From positions 310,001 through 374,000 of the forward strand of contig NIVC01000195.1 of NCBI GenBank assembly GCA_002269645.1: a stretch of DNA of 64,000 nucleotides, given 5' to 3'. The number at the start of each line of letters is the position of its first letter. The first letter of the stretch is position 1. The stretch comes from Macrostomum lignano. Its lineage: Eukaryota. The translations under genes and the position numbers were made by a program. Below the pieces are notes generated by a model. The model searched no databases. It saw only the letters and a program-made list of their open reading frames with translations, and was not told the origin of the DNA. This document shows positions 54,824-64,000 of this stretch, piece by piece.

Positions 54824-55807
54824 ATGACAATGACGTGATGACGGAATGCTTGAGAGATTAGCTGAAGTCGTCCAACAGTTGAGTTTTGCGCACTGTTGGG
54901 TCTTGATCAGCTAAACTAGAGAAATTCACAACAGGGTGTCCATAGTCACCTGGTGCCATCTGTTGACGGTCCAGAAGGTTTATTTAACTAATGCCATAGA
55001 CATTTTATAACCATACCGCACTCTTGCACGAGAGAGCTGGCGACATAATTACTGTTTGAGAAGGCAGGGAATACTCTCCTCACCTTTTTTATCTCCTCTA
55101 TTCTCTCATCTCCTCACATTTCTTATCTTCTGTCTTTTCTCTCCTTTCTTTTCTCCTCTCATCGATCTTCTCTCTTCACTCTCTCTTATTTCTCTCCTTT
55201 CTTTTCTCCTCTCATCGATGTCTCATCTCCTCTTTATTCTTCTCTCTCCCCCATTCCCTCACCTTTCCACTCTCATCTGGGTGGGTTTTGGGGACGAGTT
55301 GGCCCGGGTTGGTCCGCCCCCATTGGGGAGTGTCACTTCCATATGTAGAGTATTCCCTGGAGAAGGTTACCAGCTGTAGTCCGTGTTCTTGAATTTCCTG
55401 TTCCTGTTCAAAAATGGTCAATTCGACGGGTGAAAATGGCTTGGGATTCCTACTGACTGCACTTGGAATCGAGCCTGGTCCGCTTGAGCAAAAGGGCGCC
55501 GGGTACCCGAGTTACCGCACAGCTCAAGGGGAGCAGCACTGAATCAGGCGGGGATCAGAGTGCAACTAAGCAACACAGCTGGAGCCTTCACCGCATCTGA
55601 TCCGCGCAGTCGTCACGCAGCGCAAAGCAGCTCAAACAGGTGGCCTCAGAGAGCGGCTGACGGAGCGAATCGGACTCAAGCCGACCTCGCTGTTCAGGCG
55701 CGCAGGCTGTCACTCAGCCTCCCCTGCTCAGCCAATGCCGCTGCAGGTGGCGATGGAGAGGTATTTAGCAAGCCGGGCGTTGCTTTGCCAGGCCGCACCG
55801 AAACAAC

Positions 55808-56395
55808 ATGCCGACAGCTCCGACGCCAGAGACGACAACCCCGACGGAGCCGCTCAGCAGCCTGTCCCCGCCGCCGGTGTGGGCCATCCACCTGACCATC
55901 GGCCTCCTGTTCGTGGCCTTCCTTGTCTTCTCCTTCGCCAGGCACCACGCTCGCCGGAAGCAGGGCCGCTGGCACGACCCGGTGTCTGCCGCCGTCTGCC
56001 ATCCCCGACGCCACCTTCGCCGGCTACAGCAGCAGGACCGCTGCGTCATCAGCGGAGGCGGGGGCAGCAGCGGCGGCGGCGGCGGTGGTGTAGGCGGCGG
56101 CGGCGGAGGCGGAGGCGGAGGCGGGGTCGGCAGCAGCGGCGGCGGGAGCGGCCGCACGGGCGGCAGCACTGCAGCCGGGATTTCCATGGCCATGCGCGCC
56201 TTCCGCAAGAAGCCGCTTGGCGGAGGCGGCGGCGGCGGCAGCGGCGGAGTCGGAGGTGGCGGAGGCGGCGGAGGCGGCGGCAGCGGCTGTTTGACGCCGA
56301 ACCACAGCGGCTGCGGCTTTGGCGTCGGCGACAGTCTCGGCTGCGACTTCGCCGACCTGCAGTCGCAGCGTGCGGCAACGACGACCTTCTTCTGA
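55808..56395 (+). CDS. Hypothetical 195-aa single-pass membrane protein with a Gly-rich cytoplasmic tail
   Basis: Pro/Thr-rich N-terminus, hydrophobic VWAIHLTIGLLFVAFLVFSFA followed by basic RHHARRK (positive-inside), two poly-Gly blocks, GC-rich codon style. No family recognised. Confidence 0.5.
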   Translation: MPTAPTPETTTPTEPLSSLSPPPVWAIHLTIGLLFVAFLVFSFARHHARRKQGRWHDPVSAAVCHPRRHLRRLQQQDRCVISGGGGSSGGGGGGVGGGGGGGGGGGVGSSGGGSGRTGGSTAAGISMAMRAFRKKPLGGGGGGGSGGVGGGGGGGGGGSGCLTPNHSGCGFGVGDSLGCDFADLQSQRAATTTFF

Positions 56396-57184
56396 CGCTT
56401 CGCCTGAAACTGAAATTTTCATGCTCTGGGCTCGCAATTTTGGTAAATAAATTTGTGGTCAGAAAAACGTTTCCTACGAGTTTAAACGTGAGGCTTCATC
56501 CTCTCCCTGCGAGCTCACATGTGACCGGTTTACCTCTCATTTTATGCTCCTAATTTTGCATTTGATATTGTTTCGGGAGCATCACCTGCCGCGCCAAGTC
56601 TCCCGTGAGCAAAGCGGGACTGCGGGATCTCCCACTCGCGTGGCAGGTGCCGAGTTTTGCGCCCCGGATACAAATGAGCATGGGAGCAGCGGGAAGGCAG
56701 GGGAAGCGCAGCTGAGAGCTGCCGCGGAGCTCGGCGGATGGCAGGACGGGAAGCCCCTCGAGCTCGAGCGGCAGCAGATGATGGAGCACGGCGGAGGCTG
56801 TGCGGGATTCTGCTACAAATTTTCACTTTTTGCTTTCCCATACAAGTTTTCTCCTCTCTGACTATGGGAGCACCTGAGCGAGGCTGTGTGACTGCCGCGC
56901 TCCGCCCCTTCACCCCGTCTTTTCTTCCTTTGCCCTTCTCTCAAGCAATATTGTGTTGCGAATTTCCTGTGCCAAGGCTGCGGCCGGGCGGCCTCTGTCT
57001 TCTTTTGCTCATCTAATAGTGGGACTGTGCGGGCAGCCTCTCCCATGCCCAGTAATTAGTCAGCTGCTTGAGGCAACCTGAATCCGCCTGCTCTGCGGCT
57101 GTGGCGGCTGTCCGGGTATCTGCCGCATAAGTACGGGTCTTGACTGAGCCCCCTCTGTATTTCTCATTGTCCAAACTTATAATC

Positions 57185-57820
57185 AGGCACACCTGTGCCA
57201 CACCTGTGCCAGTCTCTCATCAGACACACCTGTGCCACACCCGTGCCAGTATCTTATCAGACCCACCTGTGCCACACCCGTGCCAGTCTCTCATCAGACA
57301 CACCTGTGCCAGTCTCTCATCAGAGGCACCTGCGCCAATCTCGGTCAGACATTCCTGTGCCAGTCTCTCATCCGACGCACCTGTGCCAGTCCCTCATCAG
57401 ACACACCTGTGCCAGTCTCTCATCAGACACACCTGTGCCAGTCTCTCATCAGACGCACCTGTGCCAGTCTCTCATCAGACACTCCTGTGCCAGTCTCTCA
57501 TCAGACACACCTGTGCCAGTCTCTCACCAGACACACCTGTGCCAGTCTCTCATCAGACACACCTGTGCCAGTCCCTCATCAGACGCACCTTTGCCAGTCC
57601 CTCATCAGACGCACCTTTGCCAGTCTCTCATCAGACACACCTGTGCCAGTCTCTCATCAGACGCACCTGTGCCAGTCTCTCATCAGACACTCCTGTGCCA
57701 GTCTCTCACCAGACATACCTGTGCCAGTCTCTCACCAGACACTCCTGTGCCAGTCTCTCACCAGACATACCTGTGCCAGTCTCTCATCGGACACACCTGT
57801 GCCATACCTGTGCCAGTCTC
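57185..57820. repeat. 26-bp minisatellite
   Basis: Unit CAGACACACCTGTGCCAGTCTCTCAT. Confidence 0.93.
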
Positions 57821-58406
57821 TAAACTTCATTTCCAATCCTGCATTCAACCCACTGAGGGATGTTGATGGCCAGCAGTTCCGGTTTTCACGGATTTGTTGC
57901 TGGAGAAATCCCTGTTTGACCTCAGGAAGCGTACGGATTAGTCTTAAACGCGGTTGTGCCTTAAACCCAGAGAGCTTATAACTCCGCTTCAAATCTATCG
58001 GAAAATTGGCAGAACACAGTGGAACTGATAATAAGCATTGAGTTCCCAGAGCTGGATACATGATTGATAGCAGAAATTTAGAGTTAAAGTTAAAATAGTG
58101 ATCTTCATGTTTGCAGCTAGTATCACAAATTTAAACTTATTTAATTCACATAGACTTTGAGGTAAATTTTTAAAAGTCATTTTAGAGAGTTAGATAGCTT
58201 TTAGGTAGCTTTTGTTATTCAATAAGAATCCTAAACATAAAGTTTAGAACAGCGTGCTTAAGTATTGCATAACAATTGTACAGATTATATTGCTGTCATT
58301 AGACAGAGACTAAAAACCGCGTCAAAGGATTCAATTATAAGTAGCTTCTTAAAAAAATAATTTCTAGATTTTACGTATAAAAGAAAGTCTCAACTAAACT
58401 ACAAAA

Positions 58407-58600
58407 GCCAGCCAATCAGCGTGCCAATAAGGGACGAGAGTAAAAATCCAGCCAATCAGCGTACCAACAAGGGACGAGAGTAAAAAGACAGCCAATCAGC
58501 GTGCCAACAAGGGACGAGAGTAAAAAGACAGCCAATCAGCAACAAGGGACGAGAGTAAAAGGTCAGCCAATCAGGGTACCAATTGTTTCTGATTGGCTGG
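58407..58600. repeat. ~40-bp CCAAT-containing array (5 copies) with a terminal inverted copy of the core
   Basis: CAGCCAATCAG at ~58409, 58449, 58489, 58529, 58564; CTGATTGGCTG at 58589-58599. Confidence 0.85.
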
Positions 58601-58887
58601 GCAGCAGACGGCCATCCTACCAGTTTCTACTAAGAAAGCCAGCTTTATGAGATCAGTGGGGGACCGATGGGAAACATGATTTAGAGCCAGAGAGCTAGAG
58701 GGTCGCTTTTAAATCCGAAGTCGGACGTGTCCGTCCCTCTTGCTAAAGTTGTATAATTTTTTAGATTTATTTGAATCTTCAGCTTTCGTTGAAGAGCCCT
58801 CCACAAGCCTCTGAGAAGTACTTCAGACATCAGCGAGAAATGTTTTTAGTTGCGGCGTCCATCTGTCCATATGCTCCACTTCGGTGC

Positions 58888-61065
58888 TCACTGGTGCCCG
58901 TAGAGCTCCAGCTCGCACAGGGCCAGGTTCATGTTCAGCAGGCTGAGCACCCGAACCCGGCTGCCGTAGGCCCTGCAGGTGAAATTGGCCACCATGAACG
59001 GCGTCTGTCGAACCACCCGGTTGCACTCGACGCCGTCCACCTGCAGCGAGAACGCGTTGAGGGACTCCGGGCAGCAGTTGTCGTTGTTGTAGAGGGTGAC
59101 GAGCATGACGAAGATCGGCCGGCTCAGCTGCACCTCCACCCACTGGTTGGGTGCGGACTGGGTGTTGCTGCAGGAGTTCATCTTGTGCTTTCGGTCTCCA
59201 TCTATAGCGAAGCTGCAGACGCCGCCCGAGCCCTGGGCCGTAGACAGGGAGCTCTGGTTGCAGCCAGCGATGCCCAGGAACCGCTTCAGATCTGAGGATG
59301 GCGCGATTGAGCAGTTCGTGATATTCGTCCATCGTCTGTCAGCCTGCTATCTGCATCCTAGCATGAAATGTTGTATCTACCCATCACCATCAGGTGTTGT
59401 ATCTACCCATCACCATCAGGTGCTGTATCTACCCATCACCATCAGGTGCTGTATCTACCCATCACCATCAGGTGCTGTATCTACCCATCACCATCAGTTG
59501 CTGTATCTACCCATCACCATCAGGTGCTGTATCTACCCATCACCATCAGTTGCTGTATCTACCCATCACCATCAGGTGCTGTATCTACCCATCACCATCA
59601 GGTGTTGTATCTACCCATCACCATCAGGTGCTGTATCTACCCATCACCATCAGGTGCTGTATCTACCCATCACCATCAGTTGCTGTATCTACCCATCACC
59701 ATCAGGTGCTGTATCTACCCATCACCATCAGGTGTTGTATCTACCCATCACCATCAGGTGCTGTATCTACACATCACCATCAGGTGCTGTATCTACCCAT
59801 CACCATCAGTTGCTGTATCTACCCATCACCATCAGGTGCTGTATCTACCCATCACCATCAGGTGCTGTATCTATCCATTACCATCAGGTGCTGTATCTAT
59901 CCATCACACCATCAGGTGCTGCATCCATCAATTACATCATCAGGTGCTGCATCCATCAATTACATCATCAGGTGCTGCATCCATCAATTACATCATCAGG
60001 TGCTGCATCCATCAATTACATCATCAGGTGCTGTATCCGTCAGTCACATCATCAGGTGCTGCATCCATCAATTACATCATCAGGTGCTGTATCCGTCAGT
60101 CACATCATCAGGTGCTGCATCCATCAATTACATCATCAGGTGCTGCATCCATCAATTACATCATCAGGTGCTGTATCCATCAATTACATCATCAGGTGCT
60201 GCATCCATCAATTACATCATCAGGTGCTGTATCCGTCAGTCACATCATCAGGTGCTGCATCCATCAATTACATCATCAGGTGCTGTATCCATCAATTACA
60301 TCATCAGGTGCTGCATCCATCAATTACATCATCAGGTGCTGCATCCATCAATTACATCATCAGGTGCTGTATCCATCAATTACATCATCAGGTGCTGCAT
60401 CCATCAATTACATCATCAGGTGCTGCATCCATCAATTACATCATCAGGTGCTGCATCCATCAATTACATCATCAGGTGCTGCATCCATCAATTACATCAT
60501 CAGGTGCTGCATCCATCAATTACATCATCAGGTGCTGCATCCATCAATTACATCATCAGGTGCTGCATCCATCAATTACATCATCAGGTGCTGCATCCAT
60601 CAATTACATCATCAGGTGCTGCATCCATCAATTACATCATCAGGTGCTGCATCCATCAATTACATCATCAGGTGCTGCATCCATCAATTACATCATCAGG
60701 TGCTGCATCCATCAATTACACTGACAGCTAGCGGCCTCAAGGACCACTAGAAGTTTTAGAAGTAGCTTCTTGTGGTCTTTGAGCGACCCAGCCTCACCAG
60801 TCCGGATGAAGATGTCGCTGGTATCCGAGACGGTCCAGGCAGCCCCAAAGGCGCCCAGGCTGAAGAGCCGGCAGGGGCTGCGCCCCCAGGAAAATCCAAT
60901 GCAGCCGGCAGCCCGGGCGCACTTCATCGAGCAGTCCACGGTGCTGTAGCCCGGCACCGAGTCAGCTGTTCCGGGAACCGTGGCGCTGGCCGCCTTGATC
61001 ACCTCGAAGACGGTCTCCTGACTGGCTGGGCTGGCGGCCCAGAGCAGCAGCAGAGCCAGCAGCAT
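58888..61065 (-). CDS. Secreted protein: signal peptide + PAN/apple domain + F5/8-type-C (F-type-lectin-like) domain; exons ~61065-60798 and ~59343-58888
   Basis: MLLALLLLWAASPAS signal; DCSMKC..AAGCIGFSW...C (PAN); AIDG..SC..T..QWVEVQL..V.LYN...CCPE.L..F.LQV....C...F.C..YG..VRV....LALCELELYG (F-type lectin fold). The exact splice phase between the exons could not be resolved. Confidence 0.72.
59372..60720. repeat. Compound minisatellite (26-bp, then 28-bp units) in the lectin-gene intron
   Basis: TGCTGTATCTACCCATCACCATCAGG switching at ~59900 to TGCTGCATCCATCAATTACATCATCAGG. Confidence 0.96.
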
Positions 61066-61439
61066 CCTCGGCTTCTCAGCTTTAACAATTTTTACTCAGC
61101 GAGCCCGACTCAGTGGCACGGGGGCGGGAGCTGCTTATACCTGCGGTCTCGGTGCTTGGCTGCCTCATCCCGTTGCCATGGCCGCCTTCCACCCTTCACT
61201 GATCCCCTCCCAGCCGGGGAGCCCAGACTCTCAGAAAGCTGCGGTGCCGTCTTTACCGCCCCCAGGGCGATCCTTTGTCACTCAAAACAAACCTGGGCAG
61301 ACTCGCTGCGGGGGCTGGGAACTTTAGCAAGAGACTGCGGGGCCGGGGCGGGGCGCCATCTTCCGTGTCCATGTTGGCTTCGTATGCTGGGCAGAGGGAG
61401 GGGACAGGACGAGATCAGATAGGGTAAAGGGAGAGGTAG

Positions 61440-61762
61440 AGGGTGGAGGAGAGAGGAGAGGGGATAGGGGAGAGGGAGAGGGTAGAGGGAGAGAGTAGAG
61501 AGAGAGCAGATAGGGAAACGGTAGAGGGAGAGAGTAGAGGGAGAGCAGAGAGGGAAACGGTAGAGGGAGAGAGTAGAGAGAGAGCAGATAGGGAAACGGT
61601 AGAGGGAGAGAGTAGAGAGAGAGCAGATAGGGAAACGGTAGAGGGAGAGAGTAGAGGGAGAGCAGATAGGGAAACGGTAGAGGGAGAGAGTAGAGAGAGA
61701 GCAGAGAGGGAAACGGTAGAGGGAGAGAGTAGAGGGAGAGCAGAGAGGGGAACGGTAGAGGG
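61440..61762. repeat. 39-bp purine-rich minisatellite
   Basis: Unit AGGGAAACGGTAGAGGGAGAGAGTAGAGAGAGAGCAGAT. Confidence 0.9.
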
Positions 61763-62091
61763 ACGGGCAGGAAAATAGGAGTGGCAGATAGTGAATGAGA
61801 TACTGGAAGTGCAAGAGATGGAGAGTGAGAGAAATCATACACTGTGGATGTCCACCCATCAGTTCGGGGGGCGTCTAATCCCCCTTTCGCGTTTCGCTCT
61901 GCTGATTTCCATGTATGCAGCAGTTTTTTTCACTGAGCTCTCTCAGACTCCCCTGATCCCAGCTGCCTTTGTCTGAAGCAGCCGCCACCCTCTGGCAGAC
62001 GAGAGAATGCCAGTGATTGTCAGCTCTCTCTTGAGTGCAAATCTGCTGGTTTATTATCGACTTCCCAGGTGCTAGTGCAAGTACTTCCCAA

Positions 62092-62557
62092 GTATGGATG
62101 CTACTGGCAGTAGTGATGTCTATGGGCGTGACGGATGCTACCGGTAGTAGTGATGTCTATGGGCGTGACGGATGCTACCGGTAGTAGTGATGTCTATGGG
62201 CGTGACGCATGCTACCGGTAGTAGTGATGTCTATGGGCGTGACGCATGCTACCGGTAGTAGTGATGTCTATGGGCGTGACGGATGCTACCGGTAGTAGTG
62301 ATGTCTATGGGCGTGACGGATATGCTACCGGCAGTAGTGATGTCTATGGGCGTGACGGATATGCTACCGGTAGTAGTGATGTCTATGGGCGGAGGGATGC
62401 TACCGGTAGTAGTGATGTCTATGGGCGGAGGGATGCTACTGGCAGTAGTGATGTCTATGGGCGGAGGGATGCTACTGGCAGTAGTGATGTCTATGGGCGG
62501 AGGGATGCTACTGGCAGTAGTGATGTCTATGGGCGGAGGGATGCTACTGGCAGTAGT
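62092..62557. repeat. 36-39-bp minisatellite
   Basis: GGATGCTACCGGTAGTAGTGATGTCTATGGGCG... Confidence 0.92.
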
Positions 62558-63019
62558 GATAATCAACAATATTTAACAATATTTAATGCCACAACAGTGA
62601 GTGGCCAGACAGATCTGGCAAAATTTTGCACGATAATTCCCCATATATATTTGAATACAAAGCTGCTTCAAGAATTGACACACGTTTGAGATGAAAAAAA
62701 GAGAGTTTGCTTTCAATGAGCTTCACTAAACAGGCATGTCTTAAGGCCCAGAAAAGCTGGAATAGAAGTAAGCTGTCATAAAGCAGCCAAAATTCTTCTT
62801 TTTAGGTTGATAACAGTTACAATAAAAGGATCAGGTCTAAACTATTTTTCACATTTACGAACGTAGCATCCACTTAAAATATTCCTATGTAAATCACATT
62901 AACAAAAAATGATGATTATCGGCAAAGCAAAGTCAGACAGACAAAAGTGTGACTATACAACACGATGACAACAGTGACTTCACTTTCTCAAAAACGAAGG
63001 AATCCTGTTTGACCGCTTC

Positions 63020-63248
63020 TCAAAACCTGCTCAGAAGAGTTCTCAAAACCTGCTCAGAAGAGTTCTCAAAACCTACTCAGAAGAGTTCTCAAAACCTGCT
63101 GCTCAGAAGAGTTCTCAAAACCTGCTGCTCAGAAGAGTTCACAAAACCTGCTCAGAAGAGTTCTCAAAACCTGCTCAGAAGAGTTCACAAAACCTGCTCA
63201 GAAGAGTTCTCAAAACCTACTCAGAAGAGTTCTCAAAACCTGCTGCTC
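63020..63248. repeat. 23-bp minisatellite
   Basis: Unit CTCAAAACCTGCTCAGAAGAGTT. Confidence 0.9.
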
Positions 63249-63287
63249 AAAGACGCCTCAAAACAGGCATTTGTTTGTCTGCGACTT

Positions 63288-64000
63288 TCAATTGCCCGAA
63301 GCAGACGTAGCTGAATTTCCATCTATCAGCGAGTTGGCCTTCGTCATCAGCTGTTCGAAATCGGAGCTGCAGCTAGACTTCAGGTACTCCGTAGCCTTGG
63401 CAACCAGGAACTCCCACTCGGTGCGCCGGTTCTGCATCCGCGATTTCAGGTGGGCGCAGACCAGAGCAGTGAACCAGGCGTCCAGAGGCTGGGATAGAGG
63501 AGTGGGCGGTACAGAAAGTGCTTTGAAGCCCCAGATGTGCAAGGGACGCATGCATGCTGGCTCAGGAACTGCAGCTGTTTTAGTGATAATTTCTGAAGGC
63601 AGATAGATGGTAGATAGGTGGCAGATATATGTAGATGGAAGGTAGATGGAAGATAGATGGAAGATAGATGGAAGACAGATGGAAGGAAGATGGAAGGTAG
63701 ATGGAAGGAAGATGGAAGGAAGATGGAAGGAAGATGGAAGGTAGATGGAAGGAAGATGGAAGGAAGATGGAAGATAAATGGCAGATAGATGGCAGATAGA
63801 TGGCAGAAAGATAGCAGATAGCTTCAAACTCACAACTCCATCAGGTTTCGCGGCTTCCACATCGGATTTGGCCAGACTCAGCAGGCCCAGCAGCTCGCTG
63901 CTGAGCTTCCAGCGGCCATCGAACTGCTGGTTGTCGGCGATTCTCAGGACAGCGTCGCCGACACTGCACGACTTCGAGTCGCCTGTCGCTCTCGAGCTGC
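63288..64000 (-). CDS. 3' end of a VWA5A/PARP4-like (VIT-VWA family) gene; exons 64000-63834 (partial) and 63488-63288
   Basis: LRIADNQQFDGRWKLSSELLGLL (Q.FDG.W motif) spliced in phase 0 (GTGAGT / CCCAG) to PLDAWFTALVCAHL...EWEFLVAKATEYL, the typical C-terminal motif of this family. Confidence 0.75.
   Translation of the reverse strand, partial: SSRATGDSKSCSVGDAVLRIADNQQFDGRWKLSSELLGLLSLAKSDVEAAKPDGVVSLKLSAIFLPSICHLSAIYLPSSFHLPSIYLPSSFHLPSIFLPSTFHLPSICLPSIFHLSSIYLPSTYICHLSTIYLPSEIITKTAAVPEPACMRPLHIWGFKALSVPPTPLSQPLDAWFTALVCAHLKSRMQNRRTEWEFLVAKATEYLKSSCSSDFEQLMTKANSLIDGNSATSASGN
63600..63820. repeat. GATGGAAG-type purine-rich repeat in the VWA5A-like intron
   Basis: Direct reading. Confidence 0.85.

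Noticed and set aside
56544-57201. Short ORFs between the Gly-rich gene and the 26-bp array
   Set aside because: No motifs, no consistent splice structure, and overlapping candidates on both strands.
21105-63820. Regular 20-50-bp repeats as CRISPR arrays
   Set aside because: Units are head-to-tail without unique spacers, the context is eukaryotic, and there are no cas genes.

Overview
Eukaryotic genomic DNA with GC-rich exons, GT-AG introns and very dense minisatellites. The style is most consistent with a flatworm such as Macrostomum; this is inference, not a database result. Positions 1-3993 hold the 3' part of a defective Ty3/Gypsy LTR retrotransposon, apparently inside an intron of a C2H2 zinc-finger gene (exons 4291-5584). 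A complete, very young minus-strand Gypsy element spans 7209-17659, with 1.09-kb LTRs that differ at only 2 positions and a GTAG target-site duplication. It has several unusual features: an extra non-env ORF of 215 aa, a ~235-aa RNase H-integrase linker, an internal 39-bp array, a bulged extended tRNA-Leu PBS and no canonical polypurine tract. Two small non-autonomous DNA transposons are also present. A run of co-oriented + strand genes follows: EEPD1, CDK5, TBL3/UTP13, MED27, two tandem SLC22-like transporters and a small Gly-rich membrane protein. On the minus strand are a secreted PAN + F-type-lectin-like gene and the 3' end of a VWA5A-like gene. MED27 has no usable start codon or upstream coding exon and may take its AUG from a trans-spliced leader. 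About 30 unrelated minisatellites, roughly 16 kb by hand tally, fill introns and spacers. Several are built from the adjacent splice junction, and equivalent introns of the two SLC22 paralogs carry different arrays. Several single-base frameshifts in homopolymers look like assembly errors. All coordinates were read by hand; array boundaries are approximate.
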